In this document: positions 45,501-60,500 of the stretch, one piece after another
Layout: each line of letters begins with the position of its first letter
Position numbering within the stretch: the stretch's first letter is position 1
Source of the DNA: Auanema rhodensis
Lineage: Eukaryota; Animalia; Nematoda
Length of the DNA: 64,000 nt
Assembly: GCA_964057225.1 (NCBI GenBank)
Contig: OZ059897.1
Coordinates: 11,098,001 to 11,162,000, forward strand
Direction of reading: 5' to 3'
Program-made: the position numbers and the translations under genes
The notes under the pieces: model-generated
The model's input: the letters and a program-made list of their open reading frames with translations, nothing else
What the model was told of the DNA's origin: nothing
Databases searched by the model: none

Positions 45501-48500
45501 ACTTTCCTAAATAGATTCTGTTGAATCACCCGAGTTAGAGGTAGTATCTCAATCTAACCAAAGAACTTCTGAGTTGTATATACATTTTGAAAACCACACC
45601 ACGATTGTGCATTCTTGAAAACTGTCTGTTTTAGTATGATTTCATAACACTATATATGCCTAAATAAAATGAATTTGAATACAATAATAAAGCGTCTTTT
45701 ATATTATACTTTAACCTGATATAGCTTTGTATAGGTTTGTATACTGATCACATATACGGCGATAGGCTAGAACAGTTCATAACCTTCCCAAATAGATTCC
45801 GTTGAATTACCCGAATTAGAGGTAGTATCTCAATCTAACCAAAGAACTTCTGAGTTGTATATACATTTTGAAAAGAACACCACGATTGTGCATTCTTGAA
45901 AACTGTCTGTTTTAGTATGATTTCATAACACTATATATGCCTAAATAAAATGAATTTGAATACAATAATGAAGCGTCTTTTATATCATACTTTAACCTGA
46001 TATAGCTTTGTATAGGTTTGTACACTGATCACATATATGGCGATAGGCTAGAACAGTTCATAACTTTCCTAAATAGATTCTGTTGAATCACCCGAGTTAG
46101 AGGTAGTATCTCAGTTTAACCAGAGAATTTCTGACTTGGAAATATATTTTAAAAACCACACCACGATTGTGCAACATTGAAAACTGTCTGTTTTAGTATG
46201 ATTTCATAACACTATATATGCCTAAATAAAATGAATTTGAATACAATAATAAAGCGTCTTTTATATTATACTTTAACCTGATATAGCTTTGTATAGGTTT
46301 GTATACTGATCACATATACGGCGATAGGCTAGAACAGTTCATAACCTTCCTAAATAGATTCCGTTGAATTACCCGAATTAGAGGTAGTATCTCAATCTAA
46401 CCAAAGAACTTCTGAGTTGTATATACATTTTGAAAAGAACACCACGATTGTGCAATCTTGAAAACTGTCTGTCTTAGTATGATTACATAACACTTTATAT
46501 GCCTCAGTAAATGAATTTGAATATAAATATGAAGCGTCTTTTATATTATACTTTAACCTGATATAGCTTTGTATAGGTTTGTATACTGATCACTTATACG
46601 CCGATAGGCTAGAACAGTTCATAACTTTCCTAAATAGATTCCGTTGAATCACCCGAGTTAGAGGTAGTATCTCAAACTAAGCAAAGAATTTCTGAGTTAT
46701 AAATACATTTTGAAAAGCACACCACGATTGTCCAACATTGAAAACTGTCTGTCTTAGTATAATTTCATAACTCTATATATGAATAAGTAAAATGAATTTG
46801 AATATAATAATGAAGCGTCTTTTATTTTATACTTTAACCTGATTTAGCTTTGTATAGGTTTGTATACTGATCACATATACGGCAGTAGGCTAGAACAGTT
46901 CTTAACTTTCCTAAAAAAGATTCTGTTGAATCACCCGAGTTAGAGGTAGTATCTCAGTTTAACCAGAGAATTTCTGACTTGGAAATATATCTTGAAAACC
47001 ACACCACGATTGTCCAACATTGAAAACTGTCTGTCTTAGTATAATTTCATAACTCTATATATGAATAAGTAAAATGAATTTGAATATAATAATGAAGCGT
47101 CTTTTATTTTATACTTTAACCTGATATAGCTTTGTATAGGTTTGTATACTGATCACTTATACGGCGATAGGCTAGAACAGTTCATAACTTTTCTAAACAT
47201 TCCGTTGAATTACCCGAATTAGAGGTAGTATCTCAATCTAACCAAAGAACTTCTGTGTTGTAAATACATTTTGAAAAGAACACCACGATTGTGCAACATT
47301 GAAGACTTTCTGTTTTAGTATGATTTCATAACACTATATATGCCTAAGTAAAATGAAATTGAATATAATAGTGAAGCGTCTTTTAAATTATACTTTAACC
47401 TGATATAGCTTTGTATAGGTTTGTACACTGATCACATATACGGCGATAGGCTAAAACAGTTCATAACTTTCCTGAATAGATTCTGTTGAATCACCCGAGT
47501 TAGAGGTAGTATCTCAGTTTAACCAGAGAATTTCTGAGTTGGAAATATATTTTGAAAACCACACCACGATTGTGCATTCTTGAAAACTGTCTGTTTTAGT
47601 ATGATTTCATAACACTATATATGCCTAAATAAAATGAATTTGAATACAATAATGAAGCGTCTTTTATATCATACTTTAACCTGATATAGCTTTGTATAGG
47701 TTTGTACACTGATCACATATATGGCGATAGGCTAGAACAGTTCATAACTTTCCTAAATAGATTCTGTTGAATCACCCGAGTTAGAGGTAGTATCTCAGTT
47801 TCTGACTTGGAAATATATTTTGAAAACCACACCACAATTGTGCATTCTTGAAAACTGTCTGTTTTAGTATGATTTCATAACACTATATATGCCTAAATAA
47901 AATGAATTTGAATATAATAATGAAGCGTCTTTTATAATATACTTTAACCTGATATAGCTTTGTATAGGTTTGTACACTGATCACATATACGGCGATAGGC
48001 TAGAACAACTCATAACTTTCCTGAATAGCTTCCGTTGAATCACCCGAGTTAGAGGTAGTATCTCAGTTTAACCAGAGAATTTCTGACTTGGAAATATATT
48101 TTGAAAACCACACCACAATTGTCCAACATTGAAAACTGTCTGTCTTAGTATAATTTTATAACTCTATATATGAATAAGTAAAATGAATTTGAATATAATA
48201 ATGAAGCGTCTTTTATATTATACTTTAACCTGATGTAGCTTTGTATGGGTTTGTATACTGATCACTTATACGGCGATAGGCTAGAACAGTTCATAACTTT
48301 CCTAAACATTCCGTTGAATTATCCGAATTAGAGATAGTATCTCAATCTAACCAAAGAACTTCTGAGTTGTAAATACATTTTGAAAAGAACACCACGATTG
48401 TGCAACATTGAAAACTGTCTGTCTTAGTATGATTACATAACACTTTATATGCCTCAGTAAAATAAACTTGAATATAAATATGAAGCATCTTTTATATTAT

Positions 48501-51500
48501 ACTTTAACCTGATATAGCTATAAATAGGTTTGTATACTGATCACATATACGGCGATAGGCTAGAACAGTTCATAACTTTCCTGAATAGCTTCCGTTGAAT
48601 CACCCGAGTTAGAGGTAGTATCTCAGTTTAACCAGAGAATTTCTGAGTTGGAAATATATTTTGAAAACCACACCACGATTGTGCATTCTTGAAAACTGTC
48701 TGTTTTAGTATGATTTCATAACACTATATATGCATGAATAAAATGAATTTGAATACAATAATGAAGCGTCTTTTATATCATACTTTAACCTGATATAGCT
48801 TTGTATAGGTTTGTACACTGATCACATATATGGCGATAGGCTAGAACAGTTCATAACTTTCCTAAATAGATTCTGTTGAATCACCCGAGTTAGAGGTAGT
48901 ATCTCAGTTTCTGACTTGGAAATATATTATAAAACCACACCACAATTGTGCATTCTTGAAAACTGTCTGTTTTAGTATGATTTCATAACACTATATATGC
49001 CTAAATAAAATGAATTTGAATATAATAATGAAGCGTCTTTTATAATATACTTTAACCTGATATAGCTTTGTATAGGTTTGTACACTGATCACATATACGG
49101 CGATAGGCTAGAACAGTTCATAACTTTCCTGAATAGCTTCCGTTGAATCACCCGAGTTAGAGGTAGTATCTCAGTTTAACCAGAGAATTTCTGAAATGGA
49201 AATATATTTTAAAAACCACACCACGATTGTGCAACATTGAAAACTGTCTGTTTTAGTATGATTTCATAACTATATATATGAATAAGTAAAATGAATTTGA
49301 ATATAATAATGAAGCGTCTTTTATATTATACTTTAACCTGATATAGCTTTGTATGGGTTTGTATACTGATCACTTATACGGCGATAGGCTAGAACAGTTC
49401 ATAACTTTTCTAAACATTCCGTTGAATTACGCGAATTAGAGGTAGTATCTCAATCTAACCAAAGAACTTCTGTGTTGTAAATACATTTTGAAAAGAACAC
49501 CACGATTGTGCAACATTGAAAACTTTCTGTTTTAGTATGATTTCATAACACTATATATGCCTAAGTAAAATGAAATTGAATATAATAGTGAAGCGTCTTT
49601 TAAATTATACTTTAACCTGATATAGCTTTGTATAGGTTTGTACACTGATCACATATACGGCGATAGGCTAAAACAGTTCATAACTTTCCTGAATAGCTTC
49701 CGTTGAATCACCGGAGTTAGAGGTAGTATCTCAGTTTAACCAGAGAATTTCTGAGTTGGAAATATATTTTGAAAACCACACCACGATTGTGCATTCTTGA
49801 AAACTGTCTGTTTTAGTATGATTTCATAACACTATATATGCCTAAATAAAATGAATTTGAATACAATAATGAAGCGTCTTTTATATCATACTTTAACCTG
49901 ATATAGCTTTGTATAGGTTTGTACACTGATCACATATATGGCGATAGGCTAGAACAGTTCATAACTTTCCTAAATAGATTCTGTTGAATCACCCGAGTTA
50001 GAGGTAGTATCTCAATCTAACCAAAGAACTTCTGAGTTGTATATACATTTTGAAAACCACACCACGATTGTGCATTCTTGAAAACTGTCTGTTTTAGTAT
50101 GATTTCATAACACTATATATGCCTAAATAAAATGAATTTGAATACAATAATAAAGCGTCTTTTATATTATACTTTAACCTGATATAGCTTTGTATAGGTT
50201 TGTATACTGATCACATATACGGCGATAGGCTAGAACAGTTCATAACCTTCCTAAATAGATTCCGTTGAATTACCCGAATTAGAGGTAGTATCTCAATCTA
50301 ACCAAAGAACTTCTGAGTTGTATATACATTTTGAAAAGAACACCACGATTGTGCATTCTTGAAAACTGTCTGTTTTAGTATGATTTCATAACACTATATA
50401 TGCCTAAATAAAATGAATTTGAATATAATAATGAAGCGTCTTTTATATCATACTTTAACCTGATATAGCTTTGTATAGGTTTGTACACTGATCACATATA
50501 TGGCGATAGGCTAGAACAGTTCATAACTTTCCTAAATAGATTCTGTTGAATCACCCGAGTTAGAGGTAGTATCTCAGTTTAACCAGAGAATTTCTGACTT
50601 GGAAATATATTTTAAAAACCACACCACGATTGTGCAACATTGAAAACTGTCTGTTTTAGTATGATTTCATAACACTATATATGCCTAAATAAAATGAATT
50701 TGAATACAATAATAAAGCGTCTTTTATATTATACTTTAACCTGATATAGCTTTGTATAGGTTTGTATACTGATCACATATACGGCGATAGGCTAGAACAG
50801 TTCATAACCTTCCTAAATAGATTCCGTTGAATTACCCGAATTAGAGGTAGTATCTCAATCTAACCAAAGAACTTCTGAGTTGTATATACATTTTGAAAAG
50901 AACACCACGATTGTGCAATCTTGAAAACTGTCTGTCTTAGTATGATTACATAACACTTTATATGCCTCAGTAAATGAATTTGAATATAAATATGAAGCGT
51001 CTTTTATATTATACTTTAACCTGATATAGCTTTGTATAGGTTTGTATACTGATCACTTATACGCCGATAGGCTAGAACAGTTCATAACTTTCCTAAATAG
51101 ATTCCGTTGAATCACCCGAGTTAGAGGTAGTATCTCAAACTAAGCAAAGAATTTCTGAGTTATAAATACATTTTGAAAAGCACACCACGATTGTCCAACA
51201 TTGAAAACTGTCTGTCTTAGTATAATTTCATAACTCTATATATGAATAAGTAAAATGAATTTGAATATAATAATGAAGCGTCTTTTATTTTATACTTTAA
51301 CCTGATTTAGCTTTGTATAGGTTTGTATACTGATCACATATACGGCAGTAGGCTAGAACAGTTCTTAACTTTCCTAAAAAAGATTCTGTTGAATCACCCG
51401 AGTTAGAGGTAGTATCTCAGTTTAACCAGAGAATTTCTGACTTGGAAATATATCTTGAAAACCACACCACGATTGTCCAACATTGAAAACTGTCTGTCTT

Positions 51501-54500
51501 AGTATAATTTCATAACTCTATATATGAATAAGTAAAATGAATTTGAATATAATAATGAAGCGTCTTTTATTTTATACTTTAACCTGATATAGCTTTGTAT
51601 AGGTTTGTATACTGATCACATATACGGCGGTAGGCTAGAACAGTTCATAACTTTCCTAAAAAAGATTCTGTTGAATCACCCGAGTTAGAGGTAGTATCTC
51701 AGTTTAACCAGAGAATTTCTGACTTGGAAATATATCTTGAAAACCACACCACGATTGTCCAACATTGAAAACTGTCTGTCTTAGTATAATTTCATAACTC
51801 TATATATGAATAAGTAAAATGAATTTGAATATAATAATGAAGCGTCTTTTATATTATACTTTAACCTGATATAGCTTTGTATGGGTTTGTATACTGATCA
51901 CTTATACGGCGATAGGCTAGAACAGTTCATAACTTTTCTAAACATTCCGTTGAATTACCCGAATTAGAGGTAGTATCTCAATCTAACCAAAGAACTTCTG
52001 TGTTGTAAATACATTTTGAAAAGAACACCACGATTGTGCAACATTGAAAACTTTCTGTTTTAGTATGATTTCATAACACTATATATGCCTAAGTAAAATG
52101 AAATTGAATATAATAGTGAAGCGTCTTTTAAATTATACTTTAACCTGATATAGCTTTGTATAGGTTTGTACACTGATCACATATACGGCGATAGGCTAAA
52201 ACAGTTCATAACTTTCCTGAATAGATTCTGTTGAATCACCCGAGTTAGAGGTAGTATCTCAGTTTAACCAGAGAATTTCTGAGTTGGAAATATATTTTGA
52301 AAACCACACCACGATTGTGCATTCTTGAAAACTGTCTGTTTTAGTATGATTTCATAACGCTATATATGCCTAAATAAAATGAATTTGAATACAATAATGA
52401 AGCGTCTTTTATATCATACTTTAACCTGATATAGCTTTGTATAGGTTTGTACACTGATCACATATATGGCGATAGGCTAGAACAGTTCATAACTTTCCTA
52501 AATAGATTCTGTTGAATCACCCGATTTAGAGGTAGTATCTCAGTTTAACCAGAGAATTTCTGACTTGGAAATATATTTTAAAAACCACACCACGATTGTG
52601 CAACATTGAAAACTGTCTGTTTTAGTATGATTTCATAACACTATATATGCCTAAGTAAAATGAATTTGAATACAATAATAAAGCGTCTTTTATATTATAC
52701 TTTAACCTGATATAGCTTTGTATAGGTTTGTATACTGATCACATATACGGCGATAGGCTAAAACAGTTCATAACCTTCCTAAATAGATTCCGTTGAATTA
52801 CCCGAATTAGAGGTAGTATCTCAATCTAACCAAAGAACTTCTGAGTTGTATATACATTTTGAAAAGAACACCACGATTGTGCATTCTTGAAAACTGTCTG
52901 TTTTAGTATGATTTTATAACACTATATATGCCTAAATAAAATGAATTTGAATACAATAATGAAGCGTCTTTTATATCATACTTTAACCTGATATAGCTTT
53001 GTATAGGTTTGTACACTGATCACATATATGGCGATAGGCTAGAACAGTTCATAACTTTCCTAAATAGATTCTGTTGAATCACCCGAGTTAGAGGTAGTAT
53101 CTCAGTTTAACCAGAGAATTTCTGACTTGGAAATATATTTTAAAAACCACACCACGATTGTGCAACATTGAAAACTGTCTGTTTTAGTATGATTTCATAA
53201 CACTATATATGCCTAAATAAAATGAATTTGAACATAATAATGAAGCGTCTTTTATTTTATACTTTAACCTGATATAGCTTTGTATAGGTTTGTACACTGA
53301 TCACATATATGGCGATAGGCTAGAACAGTTCATAACTTTCCTAAATAGATTCTGTTGAATCACCCGAGTTAGAGGTAGTATCTCAGTTTAACCAGAAAAT
53401 TTCTGACTTGGAAATATATTTTAAAAACCACACCACGATTGTGCAACATTGAAAACTGTCTGTTTTAGTATGATTTCATAACACTATATATGCCTAAATA
53501 AAATGAATTTGAATATAAATATGAAGCGTCTTTTATATTATACTTTAACCTGATATAGCTTTGTATAGGTTTGTATACTGATCACTTATACGCCGATAGG
53601 CTAGAACAGTTCATAACTTTCCTAAATAGATTCCGTTGAATCACCCGAGTTAGAGGTAGTATCTCAAACTAAGCAAAGAATTTCTGACTTGGAAATATAT
53701 TTTAAAAACCACACCACGATTGTGCAACATTGAAAACTGTCTGTTTTAGTATGATTTCATAACACTATATATGAATAAGTAAAATGAATTTGAATATAAT
53801 AATGAAGCGTCTTTTATTTTATACTTTAACCTGATATAGCTTTGTATAGGTTTGTATACTGATCACATATACGGCGGTAGGCTAGAACAGTTCATAACTT
53901 TTCTTAAAAAGATTCTGTTGAATCACCCGAGTTAGAGGTAGTATCTCAGTTTAACCAGAGAATTTCTGACTTGGAAATATATCTTGAAAACCACACCACG
54001 ATTGTCCAACATTGAAAACTGTCTGTCTTAGTATAATTTCATAACTCTATATATGCCTAAGTAAAATGAATTTGAATACAAAAATAAAGCGTCTTTTATA
54101 TTATACTTTAACCTGATGTAGCTTTGTATGGAATTGTATACTGATCGCTTATACGGCGATAGGCTAGAACAATTCATAACTTTCCTAAACATTCCGTTGA
54201 ATTACCCGAATTAGAGATAGTATCTCAATCTAACCAAAGAACTTCTGAGTTGTAAATACATTTCGAAAAGAACACCACTATTGTGCAACATTGAAAACTG
54301 TCTGTCTTAGTATGATTACATAACACTTTATATGCCTCAGTAAAATGAATTTGAATTTAAATATGAAGCGTCTTTCATATTATACTTTAACCTGATATAG
54401 CTTTGTATAGGTTTGTATACTGATCACTTATACGGCGATAGGCTAGAACAGTTCATAACTTTCCTAAAAAGATTCCGTTGAATCACCCGAGTTAGAGGTA

Positions 54501-57500
54501 GTATCTCAGTTTAACCAGAGAATTTCTGAGTTGGAAATATATTTTAAAAACCACACCACGATTGTGCAATCTTGAAAACTGTCTGTCTTAGTATGATTAA
54601 ATAACACTTTATATGCCTCAGTAAAATGAATTTGAATACAATAATGAAGCATCTTTTATATTATACTTTAACCTGATATAGCTTTGTATAGGTTTGTACA
54701 CTGATCACATATATGGCGATAGGCTAGAACAGTTCATAACTTTCCTAAATAGATTCTGTTGAATCACCCGAGTTAGAGGTAGTATCTCAGTTTAACCAGA
54801 GAATTTCTGACTTGGAAATATATTTTGAAAACCACACCACGATTGTCCAACATTGAAAACTGTCTGTTTTAGTATGATTTCATAACACTATATATGCCTA
54901 AATAAAATGAATTTGAATATAATAATGAAGCGTCTTTTATATTATACTTTAACCTGATATAGCTTTGTATAGGTTTGTACACTGATCACATATACGGCGA
55001 TAGGCTAGAACAGTTCATAACTTTCTTAAATAGATTCCGTTGAATCACCCGAGTTAGAGGTAGTATCTCAGTTTAACCAGAGAATTTCTGAAATGTGAAT
55101 ACGTTTTGAAAAGCACACCACGATTGTGCATTCTTGAAAACTGTCTGTTTTAGTATGATTTCATAACACTATATATGCCTAAATAAAATGAATTTGAATA
55201 CAATAATGAAGCGTCTTTTATATTATACTTTAACCTGATATAGCTTTGTATAGGTTTGTACACTGATCACATATATGGCGATAAGCTAGAACAGTTCATA
55301 ACTTTCCTAAATAGATTCTGTTGAATCACCCGAGTGAAAAGAACACCACGATTGTGCAATCTTGAAAACTGTCTGTCTTAGTATGATTACATAACACTTT
55401 ATATGCCTCAGTAAAATGAATTTGAATATAAATATGAAGCGTCTTTTATATTATACTTTAACCTAATATAGCTTTGTATGGGTTTGTATACTGATCACTT
55501 ATACGGCGATAGGCTAGAACAGTTCATAACTTTCTTAAATAGATTCCGTTGAATCACCCGAGTTAGAGGTACTATCTCAGTTTAACCAGAGAATTTCTGA
55601 GTTGTGAATACATTTTGAAAAGCACACCACGATTGTGCAACATTGAAAACTGTCTGTTTCAGTATGATTTCATAACACTATATATGCCTAAGTAAAATGA
55701 ATTTGAATACAAAAATAAAGCGTCTTTTATATTATACTTTAACCTGATATAGCTTTGTATAGGTTTGTACACTGATCACTTATACGGCGATAGGCTAGAA
55801 CAGTTCATAACCTTCCTAAATAGATTCCGTTGAATTACCCGAATTAGAGGTAGTATCTCAATCTAACCAAAGAACTTCTGAGTTGTATATACATTTTGAA
55901 AAGAACACCACGATTGTGCAATCTTGAAAACTGTCTGTCTTAGTATGATTACATAACACTTTATATGCCTCAGTAAATGAATTTGAATATAAATATGAAG
56001 CGTCTTTTATATTATACTTTAACCTAATATAGCTTTGTATGGGTTTGTACACTGATCACATATATGGCGATAGGCTAGAACAGTTCATAACCTTCCTAAA
56101 TAGATTCCGTTGAATTACCCGAATTAGAGGTAGTATCTCAATCTAACCAAAGAACTTCTGAGTTGTATATACATTTTGAAAAGAACACCACGATTGTGCA
56201 ATCTTGAAAACTGTCTGTCTTAGTATGATTACATAACACTTTATATGCCTCAGTAAATGAATTTGAATATAAATATGAAGCGTCTTTTATATTATACTTT
56301 AACCTAATATAGCTTTGTATGGGTTTGTACACTGATCACATATATGGCGATAGGCTAGAACAGTTCATAACTTTCCTAAATAGATTCTGTTGAATCACCC
56401 GAGTTAGAGGTAGTATCTCAGTTTAACCAGAGAATTTCTGACTTGGAAATATATTTTAAAAACCACACCACGATTGTGCAACATTGAAAACTGTCTGTTT
56501 TAGTATGATTTCATAACACTATATATGCCTAAATAAAATGAATTTGAACATAATAATGAAGCGTCTTTTATTTTATACTTTAACCTGATATAGCTTTGTA
56601 TAGGTTTGTACACTGATCACATATATGGCGATAGGCTAGAACAGTTCATAACTTTCCTAAATAGATTCTGTTGAATCACCCGAGTTAGAGGTAGTATCTC
56701 AGTTTAACCAGAAAATTTCTGACTTGGAAATATATTTTAAAAACCACACCACGATTGTGCAACATTGAAAACTGTCTGTTTTAGTATGATTTCATAACAC
56801 TATATATGCCTAAATAAAATGAATTTGAATATAAATATGAAGCGTCTTTTATATTATACTTTAACCTGATGTAGCTTTGTATGGAATTGTATACTGATCG
56901 CTTATACGGCGATAGGCTAGAACAATTCATAACTTTCCTAAACATTCCGTTGAATTACCCGAATTAGAGATAGTATCTCAATCTAACCAAAGAACTTCTG
57001 AGTTGTAAATACATTTCGAAAAGAACACCACTATTGTGCAACATTGAAAACTGTCTGTCTTAGTATGATTACATAACACTTTATATGCCTCAGTAAAATG
57101 AATTTGAATTTAAATATGAAGCGTCTTTCATATTATACTTTAACCTGATATAGCTTTGTATAGGTTTGTATACTGATCACTTATACGGCGATAGGCTAGA
57201 ACAGTTCATAACTTTCCTAAAAAGATTCCGTTGAATCACCCGAGTTAGAGGTAGTATCTCAAACTAAGCAAAGAATTTCTGACTTGGAAATATATTTTAA
57301 AAACCACACCACGATTGTGCAACATTGAAAACTGTCTGTTTTAGTATGATTTCATAACACTATATATGAATAAGTAAAATGAATTTGAATATAATAATGA
57401 AGCGTCTTTTATTTTATACTTTAACCTGATATAGCTTTGTATAGGTTTGTATACTGATCACATATACGGCGGTAGGCTAGAACAGTTCATAACTTTTCTT

Positions 57501-60500
57501 AAAAAGATTCTGTTGAATCACCCGAGTTAGAGGTAGTATCTCAGTTTAACCAGAGAATTTCTGACTTGGAAATATATCTTGAAAACCACACCACGATTGT
57601 CCAACATTGAAAACTGTCTGTCTTAGTATAATTTCATAACTCTATATATGCCTAAGTAAAATGAATTTGAATACAAAAATAAAGCGTCTTTTATATTATA
57701 CTTTAACCTGATGTAGCTTTGTATGGAATTGTATACTGATCGCTTATACGGCGATAGGCTAGAACAATTCATAACTTTCCTAAACATTCCGTTGAATTAC
57801 CCGAATTAGAGATAGTATCTCAATCTAACCAAAGAACTTCTGAGTTGTAAATACATTTCGAAAAGAACACCACTATTGTGCAACATTGAAAACTGTCTGT
57901 CTTAGTATGATTACATAACACTTTATATGCCTCAGTAAAATGAATTTGAATTTAAATATGAAGCGTCTTTCATATTATACTTTAACCTGATATAGCTTTG
58001 TATAGGTTTGTATACTGATCACTTATACGGCGATAGGCTAGAACAGTTCATAACTTTCCTAAAAAGATTCCGTTGAATCACCCGAGTTAGAGGTAGTATC
58101 TCAGTTTAACCAGAGAATTTCTGACTTGGAAATATATTTTGAAAACCACACCACGATTGTCCAACATTGAAAACTGTCTGTTTTAGTATGATTTCATAAC
58201 ACTATATATGCCTAAATAAAATGAATTTGAATATAATAATGAAGCGTCTTTTATATTATACTTTAACCTGATATAGCTTTGTATAGGTTTGTACACTGAT
58301 CACATATACGGCGATAGGCTAGAACAGTTCATAACTTTCTTAAATAGATTCCGTTGAATCACCCGAGTTAGAGGTAGTATCTCAGTTTAACCAGAGAATT
58401 TCTGAAATGTGAATACGTTTTGAAAAGCACACCACGATTGTGCATTCTTGAAAACTGTCTGTTTTAGTATGATTTCATAACACTATATATGCCTAAATAA
58501 AATGAATTTGAATACAATAATGAAGCGTCTTTTATATTATACTTTAACCTGATATAGCTTTGTATAGGTTTGTACACTGATCACATATATGGCGATAAGC
58601 TAGAACAGTTCATAACTTTCCTAAATAGATTCTGTTGAATCACCCGAGTGAAAAGAACACCACGATTGTGCAATCTTGAAAACTGTCTGTCTTAGTATGA
58701 TTACATAACACTTTATATGCCTCAGTAAAATAAATTTGAATATAAATATGAAGCGTCTTTTATATTATACTTTAACCTAATATAGCTTTGTATGGGTTTG
58801 TATACTGATCACTTATACGGCGATAGGCTAGAACAGTTCATAACCTTCCTAAATAGATTCCGTTGAATTACCCGAATTAGAGGTAGTATCTCAATCTAAC
58901 CAAAGAACTTCTGAGTTGTATATACATTTTGAAAAGAACACCACGATTGTGCAATCTTGAAAACTGTCTGTCTTAGTATGATTACATAACACTTTATATG
59001 CCTCAGTAAATGAATTTGAATATAAATATGAAGCGTCTTTTATATTATACTTTAACCTGATATAGCTTTGTATAGGTTTGTATACTGATCACTTATACGC
59101 CGATAGGCTAGAACAGTTCATAACTTTCCTAAATAGATTCCGTTGAATCACCCGAATTAGAGATAGTATCTCAATCTAACCAAAAAACTTCTGAGTTGTA
59201 AATACATTTTGAAAAGAACACCACGATTGTGCAACATTGAAAACTGTCTGTCTCAGTATGATTACATAACACTTTATATGCCTAAGTAAAATGAATTTGA
59301 ATATAAATATGAAGCGTCTTTTATATTATACTTTAACCTGATATAGCTTTGTATAGGTTTGTACACTGATCACATATACGGCGATAGGCTAGAACAGTTC
59401 ATAACTTTCCTAAACATTCCGTTTAATTACCCGAATTAGAGGTAGTATCTCAATCTAACCAAAAAACTTCTGAGTTGTAAATACATTCTGAAAAGAACAC
59501 CACGATTGTGCAACATTGGAAAATGTCTGTCTTAGTATGATTACATAACACTTTATATGCCTAAGTAAAATGAATTTGAATATAAATATGAAGCGTCTTT
59601 TATATTATACTTTAACCTGATATAGCTTTGTATAGGTTTGTACACTGATCACTTATACGGCGATAGGCTAGAACAGTTCATAACCTTCCTAAATAGATTC
59701 CGTTGAATTACCCGAATTAGAGGTAGTATCTCAATCTAACCAAAGAACTTCTGAGTTGTATATACATTTTGAAAAGAACACCACGATTGTGCAATCTTGA
59801 AAACTGTCTGTCTTAGTATGATTACATAACACTTTATATGCCTCAGTAAATGAATTTGAATATAAATATGAAGCGTCTTTTATATTATACTTTAACCTGA
59901 TATAGCTTTGTATAGGTTTGTATACTGATCACTTATACGCCGATAGGCTAGAACAGTTCATAACTTTCCTAAATAGATTCCGTTGAATCACCCGAGTTAG
60001 AGGTAGTATCTCAAACTAAACAAAGAATTTCTGAGTTATAAATACATTTTGAAAAGCACACCACGATTGTCCAACATTGAAAACTGTCTGTCTTAGTATA
60101 ATTTCATAACTCTATATATGAATAAGTAAAATGAATTTGAATATAAATATGAAGCGTCTTTTATATTATACTTTAACCTGATATAGATTTGTATAGGTTT
60201 GTATACTGATCACATATACGGCGGTAGGCTAGAACAGTTCATAACTTTCCTAAAAAAGATTCTGTTGAATCACCCGAGTTAGAGGTAGTATCTCAGTTTA
60301 ACCAGAGAATTTCTGACTTGGAAATATATCTTGAAAACCACACCACGATTGTGCAACATTGAAAACTGTCTGTCTTAGTATGATTACATAACACTTTATA
60401 TGCCTCAGTAAAATGAATTTGAATTTAAATATGAAGCGTCTTTCATATTATACTTTAACCTGATATAGCTTTGTATAGGTTTGTATACTGATCACTTATA